A DNA stretch of 64,000 bases from Actinomycetota bacterium (GTDB taxonomy: Bacteria > Actinomycetota > JAICYB01). How positions within the stretch are numbered: position 1 is the first letter of the stretch; each line of letters opens with the position of its first letter. Both the position numbers and the translations under genes were made by a program. This document shows positions 27,909 to 37,779 of the stretch, one piece after another. The notes under the pieces are model-generated. The model was not told where the DNA came from. It made no database searches and saw nothing but the letters and a program-made list of their open reading frames with translations. The DNA lies in contig JBBDRJ010000006.1 of the NCBI GenBank assembly GCA_040905525.1, forward strand, positions 268,858 through 332,857. The letters are read 5' to 3'.

Positions 27909-30197
27909 GGGCTGGTCGGTCGTCTGGCCGCGCGGGCGGATCTGGTCCAGGCCGAGAAGAACGAGCACGGGAACGGCTTGACCGAGCAACAAGGCCGGTA
28001 CCGCCACACCGGAGTCGTTGAGGGCGAAACCAAGCACCCCGGCCGCGAGCAAGCCGGCTAAGCCCGCGCGGAACCACGGATAGCTCGGCAAGGCGCCGCC
28101 GAGCGGCCCACGCTGACGGTGCAACAAGACCGCGAGCGCAGCCGCCCCGAGGGGCACGATGTAGGTGAACCGTGTGAAGCCCAGGGAGCCGAAGCTCTGC
28201 GCCGCTTTGCGACGGATAACGGTCCACGCAGTTCCATCGCCGGACAGAAGGCCTTCTGCGAATCTTCCGAGGTGCGTCTGCATCTCCGCCGAGCGAAGCG
28301 AGTCGGCATAAGCCACGGCCGCGGTTGCGATCACGGCGATGATCCCGGCGACCACCAATGGTCGCCAGGGGAGGTTTCCGCCCCCGCGCAGGACGATGAG
28401 GATTATCGCCACAGCGGCGATGCCGGTGAGCAGACCGCCGAAATCGGCACCCCACGGCGGCAAGCCGATCAAGGCGAGCAGCACGACGAACCCCGACATG
28501 ACGATCAACGTCCGACGACGAGGCCCGCTGGCTTCGGCGAGTCCCGTCAACGCCAACACGCCCGCGCCGAAGAAGACGGCCGAGCCCGTGTTGGGGATGC
28601 CGTAGAAACGTCCGGCAGCAAGAACCGAGTTGCCGAACACAGCGTTCACCAAGGGCTGACCTCCGCCCAGAAGCTCTCCCGCAACCAGACCGGCCGTAGC
28701 CGCAAGCAATGCGGTTGCTCCAACCCAACGGGGGCCGGGGATGAACCAAGCGAGTGCTGCCAACGCTGCGCCCAGCGTCCAAAGAACCGTATGCGCGCCA
28801 CCCGTGCCAGAGCGCCACAGCGGGAAGAACGCGATCAAGAAGGATGCGAGTGGTACGGCCAAGATGAAGTAACAAACCCCTATCAACAAAGACCGCAAGC
28901 GCGCTCGAGCAAGGAACACCAAACCGACAAGGATCGAAAGCAAAGCAAACAGACCAACGAAGATGTAGAACACGAGCCGGACAAAGCGCTCGCGGAACTG
29001 CGACGATCGATCGAGGCCGGCGTGCTGTCCGACGCGATCCGTCCTATCCGTCTCGGTAACGTCGATGGGCCGGCCGGACATGACATCCGGCCTCGGCACT
29101 CCGAGCACAGCGAGAACGGTTGGGGCAACGTCCGTCAGTGTCACGATCCCCGGTCGACGAGTGCTGGACGACACGAGTTCGCCCGGTCGGACGCCGGCTC
29201 CGTAAGCAACGGCAACGGTTAGATGCTCGGGACCACGCCAAGAACGCGGGCTCGACGGGGCGAGCGCAAGCAATAGGTCTTCCGGTCCTAGCTCGTCGAC
29301 AACCGTCTTCAACAACCGATCCGTTCGCACCAAAGCTCGCTGCCGATGTTCGATCGCTTGTCGGGGCGTCGCCAACGGGGCGAACTCGTCGGCCCTCATC
29401 GTTTCGCCACCTTCGACCAGCACTACACGGGTGTCGTGAAGTGCATCGGTGAACTCCTTTTGTAAAGCGCGTTGGATCGTGTGCACACCAAAGGGGGTGC
29501 CAGCATCGCCCCGCAGCATTCCGCGGATCTGTCCGGCGTCGACGGTTCCCGTCTCGTCTACAAGCCCAAGCACAGGGCTTCCGCGTACATCCCGAACATC
29601 GCCGAACTCCCTATGACCAGCCGCCGAAACAACCGCACGCTTGATACCGGCGTCTGCAAGGGCTTCGCCTAGGGCACCGACCCTAGTCCCGTGATAGGAA
29701 CGGTCCTGCGCGGCCTGAAGCGCCGGAACACCGAGATGAACGATCTCGCCCTTGCGATGGGCCCCGACGCGCAACGTCAGCTCAGCTTCGCCCGTGACGG
29801 AACCTGAGACATCCTGTAGAGGATCGTCGGCCATGAAGGCATGCTCGGCTTCCTCGATGTCAGAACCCGCACCGCGGTTTCCTGCCCCGAGGGTCAGGAA
29901 TCCTCGGACAGGACTCGGACGCGTGCTCGCCGTTCGTACGGCCAGAGCAGCCGATGCACCATCCTCTGCGATCCGCTTCAGCTCGGGCATCGTCCCCCGC
30001 GCCACATCCAGCCATGTGACACCGGGCATCGTGAACATCACCACGCGTTTGGCCCGGAGTTGCGAACGCTCCCCTTCGGCTGGACGAGCACTCCAAGCCA
30101 CCGCCGCACCGACGATTGCCGCCAATGCGACCGAGGCAACCAGGACCGTTCGCGCTCGGCCAGCAGGCGGGCGTATCCCCCTCGGATCAGCGCTCAT
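27894..30197 (-). CDS. large membrane protein: N-terminal extracytoplasmic alkaline-phosphatase-like domain + C-terminal ~10-TM domain
   Basis: 767 aa. N-terminus VVMFTMPGVTWLDV… resembles a metal-binding AlkP-superfamily start. C-terminal half is highly hydrophobic. Confidence 0.5.
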   Translation of the reverse strand: MSADPRGIRPPAGRARTVLVASVALAAIVGAAVAWSARPAEGERSQLRAKRVVMFTMPGVTWLDVARGTMPELKRIAEDGASAALAVRTASTRPSPVRGFLTLGAGNRGAGSDIEEAEHAFMADDPLQDVSGSVTGEAELTLRVGAHRKGEIVHLGVPALQAAQDRSYHGTRVGALGEALADAGIKRAVVSAAGHREFGDVRDVRGSPVLGLVDETGTVDAGQIRGMLRGDAGTPFGVHTIQRALQKEFTDALHDTRVVLVEGGETMRADEFAPLATPRQAIEHRQRALVRTDRLLKTVVDELGPEDLLLALAPSSPRSWRGPEHLTVAVAYGAGVRPGELVSSSTRRPGIVTLTDVAPTVLAVLGVPRPDVMSGRPIDVTETDRTDRVGQHAGLDRSSQFRERFVRLVFYIFVGLFALLSILVGLVFLARARLRSLLIGVCYFILAVPLASFLIAFFPLWRSGTGGAHTVLWTLGAALAALAWFIPGPRWVGATALLAATAGLVAGELLGGGQPLVNAVFGNSVLAAGRFYGIPNTGSAVFFGAGVLALTGLAEASGPRRRTLIVMSGFVVLLALIGLPPWGADFGGLLTGIAAVAIILIVLRGGGNLPWRPLVVAGIIAVIATAAVAYADSLRSAEMQTHLGRFAEGLLSGDGTAWTVIRRKAAQSFGSLGFTRFTYIVPLGAAALAVLLHRQRGPLGGALPSYPWFRAGLAGLLAAGVLGFALNDSGVAVPALLLGQAVPVLVLLGLDQIRPRGQTTDQPSQAS

Positions 30198-31273
30198 CTC
30201 TTGATCTCGATCTCACGCGCCGCCCGCACGCCCGCGGCGGCGGCTGATTCGAAGAACACCGGATCCTCATCTGGACCCCGACTCATATGCGATGCATGCA
30301 GACCGTCGGCGGCCGCCGCGGCGAGAGCGGCCATGATCGTGCCCGGGTCTTCCTCGATCACCGGCCACGGCGCGAGAGCCTCGGCGGCTTCCTTCCCCCA
30401 CCCCGGCGGCACAACGACGCTCGCCGTATCCGTCTTCACCGCAGGAGCGACCCAGCGCAGCGCCGAGACGACGTGGTGGCTAAGCCCTTGATGCCGGGGG
30501 CGCGGATCGGCGGACGACAGGCGCACGCAAACCACGCAACGTCCACCGAGCGAAATCGCAGCGAGGGCGATCGTTCCCAGATCTAATGCGGTCGTCCCGT
30601 ACGGCGTGCCCGTCCCCACCACCCCGGGCCCTAGACCCGCAACGATCAGATCTGCCTCGAGCACGTGCTTGGCCGCCAGCAGCCCGCTGTGCAGGGTGAC
30701 GGACTCGAGGTCGCCGCCGACCGCATGTCCCGTGGTGACGACACCTTTCAACCATCCGATCTCGCGCGATCGCCGGAGCGTGTTCGAGAAGCCGGCCTCC
30801 AGCGCCGCGCCGTCCGTCATCACGTAGACAACGTTCAGGTCGTTTCGTACCGAACGCACTCCGCACAACACGGGTAGCAGCTGAGAGTGCAAGGACGTCG
30901 CCACGACCGGCGTGCCATCGAGCGAGGTGGCGCGCGTCATCACCTCGTGATGCGGTGACTCCTGTGCCTCGACTGCGAGCACGTCGCATTGAGCGGGTGT
31001 ATAGCGCAACTTCATGATGTGGCCTTGGCCCGGTGCGTCGTAAGACTCGACAGCGTGGTTCCACACCACGAAGTCGACGCCACCGGTTCCGAGGTCAAGA
31101 TCGAGCGCAGTCGTGTTGACCACTACCCGGTCGCCCTCGCGAGCGGGAGCCGCCCACCGCGGGAACAGAATCGCATCGCGTTGTGACCCGTCGATGTCGA
31201 CGGTCAAGCGTTGCACCCCACCTTCGAGATCCTCGACCACAGCGAGCACCGTTCCCGTCCGGAACCTAGGCAC
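30194..31273 (-). CDS. conserved hypothetical protein (DUF3866-like)
   Basis: GTG start at 31273 chosen to avoid a 130-nt overlap with the upstream glycosyltransferase. Family assignment is tentative. Confidence 0.45.
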   Translation of the reverse strand: MPRFRTGTVLAVVEDLEGGVQRLTVDIDGSQRDAILFPRWAAPAREGDRVVVNTTALDLDLGTGGVDFVVWNHAVESYDAPGQGHIMKLRYTPAQCDVLAVEAQESPHHEVMTRATSLDGTPVVATSLHSQLLPVLCGVRSVRNDLNVVYVMTDGAALEAGFSNTLRRSREIGWLKGVVTTGHAVGGDLESVTLHSGLLAAKHVLEADLIVAGLGPGVVGTGTPYGTTALDLGTIALAAISLGGRCVVCVRLSSADPRPRHQGLSHHVVSALRWVAPAVKTDTASVVVPPGWGKEAAEALAPWPVIEEDPGTIMAALAAAAADGLHASHMSRGPDEDPVFFESAAAAGVRAAREIEIKR

Positions 31274-32273
31274 GAGCGCGCCTCCGCCCGTCCAATTCGT
31301 CGTACACCGCACCGAGCTCCGCGATGAGTGCATCGGGGTCCGGCCGTCGTCTACCACGTGCCGCAGATGCCAATGATGAGCGCACCACTTCGTCATGTAC
31401 GAGCCTCTTGACGGCAGCTATGAACCCCTCGTGGTCGTCCGGCGCCACGACCACACCTGCGCCTCCGATGAGCTCAGCGTGCGCACCGGTGTCGGTCGCC
31501 ACCACGGGCAGTCCGGCTTCGAGTGCTTCGGCGATGGCAATGCCGTAGCTCTCCGAAGCCGATGGCAGAGCGAACAAGTCTGCGGCGAAGAGGATGTCGG
31601 CTATGTCTTCACGATGACCGAGCAGCCGGACACGTGTCCCAACCGCCAGCTCCTCCAGTCGAGCACGCTCCGGACCATCTCCCACTATCCATCCGATGCT
31701 GTTGCTGCCTTCCACGGCTCGGATGAACACGTCCAAGCGCTTGTCCCTGTCGAGTCGCGCCACGGTGACCACGACGGTCGCGTCGGCCGGTGCGTCGAGA
31801 TCCGCGCGAACTTCGCCGCGGGACAGCCGTGGGACGGCCAGCGGTTCGGAAGCAGGCGCCATCACCCGTGCGCGCGGATAGCTCCGGGCTGCCGCCGCCG
31901 ACGGTGCGATAAGTGCGTCTGCACGGGTGAGTGCAACATTCGCGACGGCACGCGAAAACGGTGAACTCGCGGTGCGTCCGCTGGACCCGACGACAACGTG
32001 CAACGTCGTAACGACGGGCGGCCGCAACGGCCGCAACGCACAGAGTCCGGCCGTGAACCCATGCGCGTGAACTACATCGGCATCCGGTGCCAAGCGCAAG
32101 ACGCCCCCGATCGACGTGGCGTAGAACGGGGCGTCCGAGAACAAGCCCGCAAGCTCCGATGGACCAAACACGGCGGATGTGGCCCAGCCGCTAGGCGGAT
32201 GCGTCGCAACGTAGTGCACGTGGCGGCGGATGCCACCGTGCGAGCGCCAAAGAACATGGGCGACCTTCTTCAT
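31266..32273 (-). CDS. GT-B glycosyltransferase (Pfam Glycos_transf_1 / CAZy GT4)
   Basis: C-terminal …PSASESYGIAIAEALEAGLPVVATDTGAHAELI… motif. Confidence 0.8.
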   Translation of the reverse strand: MKKVAHVLWRSHGGIRRHVHYVATHPPSGWATSAVFGPSELAGLFSDAPFYATSIGGVLRLAPDADVVHAHGFTAGLCALRPLRPPVVTTLHVVVGSSGRTASSPFSRAVANVALTRADALIAPSAAAARSYPRARVMAPASEPLAVPRLSRGEVRADLDAPADATVVVTVARLDRDKRLDVFIRAVEGSNSIGWIVGDGPERARLEELAVGTRVRLLGHREDIADILFAADLFALPSASESYGIAIAEALEAGLPVVATDTGAHAELIGGAGVVVAPDDHEGFIAAVKRLVHDEVVRSSLASAARGRRRPDPDALIAELGAVYDELDGRRRARA

Positions 32274-33874
32274 GAGTCCGTTTGAGTCTGCATGCCACGT
32301 CCGGCCAGAGCGAGAGTCTTTCGCAGCTCGGGTGATCGCGCGCCGAGCACCACCCCAACTACCACTCCGGCTCCGAGAGCCGCGGCCAGCGCGAGCACCG
32401 GCGCGTCCTCACCAACTGCGCGGACGGCAGCCCAGACCGCAGCTCCCACAACCACCGCGCGCGCGGCGCTGGCGAGCAGGGATCGCACGGCAGAACCGAG
32501 GCTCCACGCCCGAGCTGCTCGCGACAGCAAGACCACGCCGGCGATCGCCGCCACCCACCACCCCAGGCCGACCGATGATCCGAGCAAACGCATCGCGTCC
32601 ACCCCACGGCTGTCCCACGCGATGGCTCCGCCGATCCCGACGAGCGCGACGACACCGAGGGCCAGCCCGTTCAGCAAAGCCGGGCGCGATGTCGCGCCTC
32701 GCGCGTAGAACCCCCGAACGATCGTTGCCATTAACACCCAGGGCGGAACACCGATAGCAAGCCCGCGCAACGTCGCCGCAACGAGTGCCGGGTCGGCGAT
32801 GTCAGACCATCCGAGCAGCGTTTCCGAAGCCACCGGAGCGATGAAATACAGCGCGACACCCGCCGGCAATGCAACGAATGACGCCAGGCGCCATCCATCG
32901 GTCAGCAGCCTCGCGTATTGCCTCTCGTCGCGGCGGACGAACGCTTCCGACAGAGCAGGGAAGAGCGCGATGGCTACGGGAAGACCGACGATCGCGTTGG
33001 GCAGCTCGAAGAAGGCGTTGGCTATCTGGAACGCGACGACACCACCCTCGACGCGGTTCGCGAGCGCTACGACTACGAGCAGCAACAGTTGGAGCAGACC
33101 GACGAACACCGCGCCCCACAATCCAGCTCGTAAGGCCTTGCGTACGACCGGATCTCGATGATCCAACCGAGGGCGCCAGCGGATCCCGATGCGCAGAAGG
33201 GGTGGAAGCTGACAGAACGTGAGCACGAACACACCAAGGGTTGTCCCGCCGGCCAGGACGTACATCTGCAACCCGCGGTCGTCCAGCGACGCATCGGTTC
33301 CCATGGCGCGGAACACGAGGTACGTAGCGATGACAGTGAGGCTGGACAACAACGGACCGAGAGCCGGCCAAACGAACCGACGGTGCGCATGCAAAAGCCC
33401 CTGCATCAATATCCCCAGCAGGTACAGCGGGACCTGCGGCAGAAAGAAGCGAAGGAACCACGCGCCGAGCTGTACCTGTTGTTCGCGCACGGCATCGGGT
33501 GCACCGGCGAGCAAGACTCGGAAGAGCGGCTCGGCGAACACTATCCCCGCCACAACCAACGGGATGCTAACCAGCAGCAACGCGTTGGCCAGAGTAGAAG
33601 CGAGCTCGTTGACGCGCTCGCGTCCTGCGGCCATCTCGCCCACGAACGTCGGAACGACGATGGAGGCAAGCATGCCACCGGCGAGTAGCTCGAAAACCAC
33701 GTTCGGGATGAGGTTCGCCGACTGGTAAACGTTGCCGAGGTAAGTGGTTCCGACCGCAAACCCGAGAACGATCCAACGCGCGAACCCGGCGACGCGTGCC
33801 AGTAGCGTGATCCCGGAAATCTGCGCACTCGACCGTAGGACCGACGACCCGGAAGCCGGGCCGGGTTCGTCCAC
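32270..33874 (-). CDS. murJ: MurJ/MviN family lipid-linked glycan flippase (MOP superfamily)
   Basis: 534 aa with ~14 TM helices. MurJ-like N-terminus with conserved Arg and Glu. Confidence 0.75.
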   Translation of the reverse strand: MDEPGPASGSSVLRSSAQISGITLLARVAGFARWIVLGFAVGTTYLGNVYQSANLIPNVVFELLAGGMLASIVVPTFVGEMAAGRERVNELASTLANALLLVSIPLVVAGIVFAEPLFRVLLAGAPDAVREQQVQLGAWFLRFFLPQVPLYLLGILMQGLLHAHRRFVWPALGPLLSSLTVIATYLVFRAMGTDASLDDRGLQMYVLAGGTTLGVFVLTFCQLPPLLRIGIRWRPRLDHRDPVVRKALRAGLWGAVFVGLLQLLLLVVVALANRVEGGVVAFQIANAFFELPNAIVGLPVAIALFPALSEAFVRRDERQYARLLTDGWRLASFVALPAGVALYFIAPVASETLLGWSDIADPALVAATLRGLAIGVPPWVLMATIVRGFYARGATSRPALLNGLALGVVALVGIGGAIAWDSRGVDAMRLLGSSVGLGWWVAAIAGVVLLSRAARAWSLGSAVRSLLASAARAVVVGAAVWAAVRAVGEDAPVLALAAALGAGVVVGVVLGARSPELRKTLALAGRGMQTQTDS

Positions 33875-34785
33875 TAGTTGCCGGTGTTCGGCGCGGGGAC
33901 GAAGGTAAGGTCCGGCGCCGTCCCGTAATGTCCGCCCCGCTCCTCGGTGGCCGCCACGAGCGCTGCAACGACTCCGATCCCGCCGGGGTCGTCCGCGTCG
34001 GTGGCGGAGTCGAACGTTGTCAGCTGTTGCGACAGGTCTTCTTCTTCTCGGAGATCGCTTACGACGCTTTCACCCAACGGAGAGTTGGTCGTCGCCAGGG
34101 TTGGTGTCTGCGCCCCTACACTGCCGGCGAGGGCCGAGACCCAACGTGGCCGCGCCGTCTCATCGGCCTTGGACTCGGACAAGATCACAACAGCCGAGCC
34201 GGGTGCGGGCCAGACACCATCGGGCCGTCCCTGTATCGAGATGAAATCTCGCTCGGCGAGTGCATCGAGCAAGGCCCGGCCAACCGGCTCGAAGAAGTTG
34301 TTACCCAGCAGCTCCACAACTCGCGTCGGCGGGTTGTTGCCCTCTTCGAAAGCCGGATCGACTTCCCTCACCACCTCGACAAGAGCGTCGAGGTCCCCGG
34401 ATTCTGAAAGCGCCCAGCGTGGCCCGAAGAGGAGGCTTCCCGAAGGAACGGCCCCGGCGTTCGTGAGCGAGCTCACAACGTGCTCCCGCCATTCAGGAAG
34501 ATCCTGAGTCTCCGAAACGATCACGAACGGGAGTCCGGCCATACGCCCGTCGACGGCCCAGGGTCCGGCGCCGTCGGAAAGACGCTCATTGAGCGCCTCG
34601 AGACTTGTCGAGAGCTCGTCCCTTTCGCTTTGCGCCTGTTCTCGCGATTCGCGCGCCCGATTCAAATCGTCCTGCAGGCGTTGCTCCAATGGACCGCTCA
34701 CCACGGCCGAACCCAAGAGGATCCCCAGGCCGAGCGCCAAAAAGACAGCGACTACGGAGACGATGTGGTAGCGAAAATCGATCAA
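33874..34785 (-). CDS. steB: SteB / MctB family membrane protein (copper transport protein B homolog)
   Basis: TTG start at 34785 gives (M)IDFRYHIVSVVAVFLALGLGILLGS, which aligns with the MctB/Rv1698 N-terminus MISLRQHAVSLAAVFLAL… Overlaps the steA stop by 2 nt. Confidence 0.75.
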   Translation of the reverse strand: MIDFRYHIVSVVAVFLALGLGILLGSAVVSGPLEQRLQDDLNRARESREQAQSERDELSTSLEALNERLSDGAGPWAVDGRMAGLPFVIVSETQDLPEWREHVVSSLTNAGAVPSGSLLFGPRWALSESGDLDALVEVVREVDPAFEEGNNPPTRVVELLGNNFFEPVGRALLDALAERDFISIQGRPDGVWPAPGSAVVILSESKADETARPRWVSALAGSVGAQTPTLATTNSPLGESVVSDLREEEDLSQQLTTFDSATDADDPGGIGVVAALVAATEERGGHYGTAPDLTFVPAPNTGN

Positions 34786-35999
34786 CGCAGGCTCGAGAAG
34801 AACCCCGCCAACTGGTCCCACACGCCCAGCCAGAACAGGCGCATAGGAGGCATCACCGCGCTGATGACGATCATGCAAGCGAGCGCGGCACCCACGATCA
34901 TCCAAAGATCACGAGTCCGCACCCGGGCCCGGTAGAGCAGCGACACACCCTTCGCGTCGACGAGGTCGGGGCCGAGTCGCATGCGAACGAGAAATGTGGA
35001 CGCCATCCCGCGACGCCCCTTGTCGAGCATCTCCATCGCGGAGTTGTGGCAGCCGACGGCCACGACGAGATCGGCCCCCTTCTCGTGAGCGAGCAACATC
35101 GCGATGTCCTCACTCATCCCGGGCGCCGTCACGATGCTGCAATCCAGACCGAGCAGCCTGAGCTTTTCGACCTCCGGAGCATCGCCGTTGGCCTCGCCGC
35201 GTTCGTTCTGGCGCCGCCAGTCCCCCTGTGGATGCACGATGAGCTCTGCCCCACTGCGCAACGCATCCACGGATACCGAATCTACGTCGCCCAGGATCAC
35301 GTCCGGTTTCATCCCCTCAGCGAGGCAAGCATCGGCTGCGCCGTCCACCGCTACGACAACCGGCCGCATCTCCCGGACGAAGGCTCGGAGAGCACGCAGA
35401 TCCTGCTTGTAGTGATAACCACGCACGACAACGAGCGCACACCGTCCCTGAAAGCGCGTTTTGATCTCGGGTAGGTGGACCGAGTCGAGCAGCAGATGCT
35501 GTTCGCGTCGGATGTACTCGAGTGTGTTCTCGGCAAATGCTTCGAGCGTGCGAGAGAGTCCGGACCGGGCCTTGTCCATACGCCTGGCGATCTCGTCGTC
35601 CGACAACAGCGTTCCCTTGGCGACGACCTTCCCGTTGCAGAGGAGGCTCGCGCCCTCGAGACGAACGAGGTCGCCTTCCTTCAGCGCATCGAAGACGTCT
35701 TTTCCGACCTCGTCGATCAGCGGGATCCCGGCCCGGGCCAGGACGAGGGGGCCGATGTTGGGATATCGCCCGGTGATCGATTGTCCGGCATTCAGGACGG
35801 CGACTACGCCCTTCTCGATCAAGGTCTCGGCCGCGAGCAAGTCGAGGTCTTCGTGATCGATCACGGCGACGTTCCCCGGATGGAGCCGGCGCACGAGGTC
35901 TTTCGTCCTTCGGTCGAGGCGCACCGTGCCCTCGATCAGGCGGGTGCTACTCGAGACTTTCGGGCGCGACGGATTGCGTCGAAGAAGACGGATAGCCAT
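34782..35999 (-). CDS. steA: putative cytokinetic ring protein SteA (Rv1697 family)
   Basis: 405 aa with thiamin-pyrophosphokinase-like fold and a C-terminal TM helix. Conserved synteny with steB and recN. Confidence 0.75.
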   Translation of the reverse strand: MAIRLLRRNPSRPKVSSSTRLIEGTVRLDRRTKDLVRRLHPGNVAVIDHEDLDLLAAETLIEKGVVAVLNAGQSITGRYPNIGPLVLARAGIPLIDEVGKDVFDALKEGDLVRLEGASLLCNGKVVAKGTLLSDDEIARRMDKARSGLSRTLEAFAENTLEYIRREQHLLLDSVHLPEIKTRFQGRCALVVVRGYHYKQDLRALRAFVREMRPVVVAVDGAADACLAEGMKPDVILGDVDSVSVDALRSGAELIVHPQGDWRRQNERGEANGDAPEVEKLRLLGLDCSIVTAPGMSEDIAMLLAHEKGADLVVAVGCHNSAMEMLDKGRRGMASTFLVRMRLGPDLVDAKGVSLLYRARVRTRDLWMIVGAALACMIVISAVMPPMRLFWLGVWDQLAGFFSSLR

Positions 36000-36051
36000 G
36001 GGGTTCCCGCGCCCACCCTACCGCCTGCGAGCCTCCGTAGGCCCGAACCGG

Positions 36052-37728
36052 TCAGCCCGCGCGGGCTTTGACCTGCGGGTTCGCTCGTTCTTCGTCCGCC
36101 AGCTCCAGCAGCTCGGCGGCATGTGCACGACCGCGATCGGACTCTCCGAGGCCGGCGAGCATGCGTGAGATCTCGGCTATGCGGCCGTCTCCACCAAGTG
36201 CGTTCACCTCAACGACGTCCTGACCGGAGCGGCGGACGCTGAGGTGGCGGTCCGCGAAAGCCGCGATCTGTGGCAAGTGCGAGACGACCAGGACTTGGTG
36301 GCTTCGGCCCAGTCGCGCGAGTCGACGGGCAAGCTCCAACGCGGCCTCACCGCCGACACCCTGGTCGGCTTCGTCGAACACGAGCACGGGCACGTCGTGA
36401 GAATGCGCGAGCGCGAGCGTCACGGCGATCATCGCGCGCGACAACTCGCCACCCGAAGCGATCTTGCCGATGAGGTCCGGCGACCTGGCCCCCGAGGACG
36501 AGAAAAGGAACTCCACGTCGTCGGCTCCCGATTCGGTCAGATCGGAAGGTGAGCAGGCGGCCTCGAACACCGCGTTGGGCATGGCCAGCGCGGGCAACTC
36601 AGCAGAAACGAGCTTGGTGAGCTCCTTCGCAGCGCGCTTGCGTCGCTTCGTCAGATCGCCCGCCGCTCGCTCCACGTTGACCCGAGCCGCGTCGACTTCG
36701 GCATCGATGCCGGCGCGGCGTTCGTCGCTGTGCGCGAGCTGATCGAGCCGCGTCGCCGCGCCGTCGCGGACTTCGAGGATCTCTTCCGTCGTCGATCCGT
36801 ACTTCCTCTTGAGCGTGCGGAGCAGGGCCTTGCGCTCGCGAAGCAGCTCCAATCTCTGCGGGTCTGGTTCGAGTCCCTCGGCCCACGTTCGCAGCTCACG
36901 CGCGAGCTCAGATGCTTCCACGGCCACGTCACCCAGACGCTGCCCCAGTGCTGTGGCACTCCCATCCAGGGCGGCGGCGTCGAGCAGTGACTTGTGTGCA
37001 GTGGCCAGGTCACCGGCTGCACCTTCGGCTCCCGCCAGAGAAAGGATGTCGTCGGCCAGTCGTCCGAGTTGTTCGGCGTGTTCGAGTCGGGCCAGCTCGA
37101 TCCGAAGCTGCTCTTCTTCGCCTGCCGCAAGATCGGCCTGGTCTATCTCGGATACCTGGAACGACAGCACGTCGATCTCGCGCAAACGGGTTCGCTCGTC
37201 GGTGCGCAGCTCACCGCGTTCGGCGTCCAGCTCGCGATACCGGCCCAGCGCTTCGCGGTAGCAACCTAGTGTTTCGTCGTTGCGTCCCAAAGCATCCAGA
37301 GCGGCAAGCTGGGCCGCAGGACGGGCGAGCGCGAAGCTCGAGCCCTGGCCGTGGATCTCGAGGACGCGCTCACCAACCGCGGCCAGGGTCGACATGGGGA
37401 CGAGCTGTCCACCGGCCCAGGCGCGGGATCGGCCGTCGGCACCGAGCTTGCGGACGAGAACGAGCTCCTCCACGTCATCGATCCCACGAGAAGCCAGATC
37501 TGCCTGCGTTGCCGCGGTCGGAGTCACGACAGCCTCGACCACGGCCTCGGACTCCTTCTCGTAAACCAGGCGCGCATTCCCGCGGGCACCACCCAAAAGA
37601 CCAAGAGAGGTGACGAGCAGCGTCTTGCCCACACCGGTCTCACCGGTGATGACGTTGAGGCCCGGCCCCAGCTCGAGATGGGCCTCAGCTATGACGCCGA
37701 GGTTGCGCAGATGCAGCTCGAGGAGCAC
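36052..37728 (-). CDS. recN: DNA repair protein RecN
   Basis: Walker A GETGVGKT. Long coiled-coil. C-terminal signature region. Confidence 0.95.
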   Translation of the reverse strand: MLLELHLRNLGVIAEAHLELGPGLNVITGETGVGKTLLVTSLGLLGGARGNARLVYEKESEAVVEAVVTPTAATQADLASRGIDDVEELVLVRKLGADGRSRAWAGGQLVPMSTLAAVGERVLEIHGQGSSFALARPAAQLAALDALGRNDETLGCYREALGRYRELDAERGELRTDERTRLREIDVLSFQVSEIDQADLAAGEEEQLRIELARLEHAEQLGRLADDILSLAGAEGAAGDLATAHKSLLDAAALDGSATALGQRLGDVAVEASELARELRTWAEGLEPDPQRLELLRERKALLRTLKRKYGSTTEEILEVRDGAATRLDQLAHSDERRAGIDAEVDAARVNVERAAGDLTKRRKRAAKELTKLVSAELPALAMPNAVFEAACSPSDLTESGADDVEFLFSSSGARSPDLIGKIASGGELSRAMIAVTLALAHSHDVPVLVFDEADQGVGGEAALELARRLARLGRSHQVLVVSHLPQIAAFADRHLSVRRSGQDVVEVNALGGDGRIAEISRMLAGLGESDRGRAHAAELLELADEERANPQVKARAG

Positions 37729-37779
37729 GCCCCGGATGGTAGGCAGCGGTGCCGACGGAACGAATGGTCAGCGCCTGAT

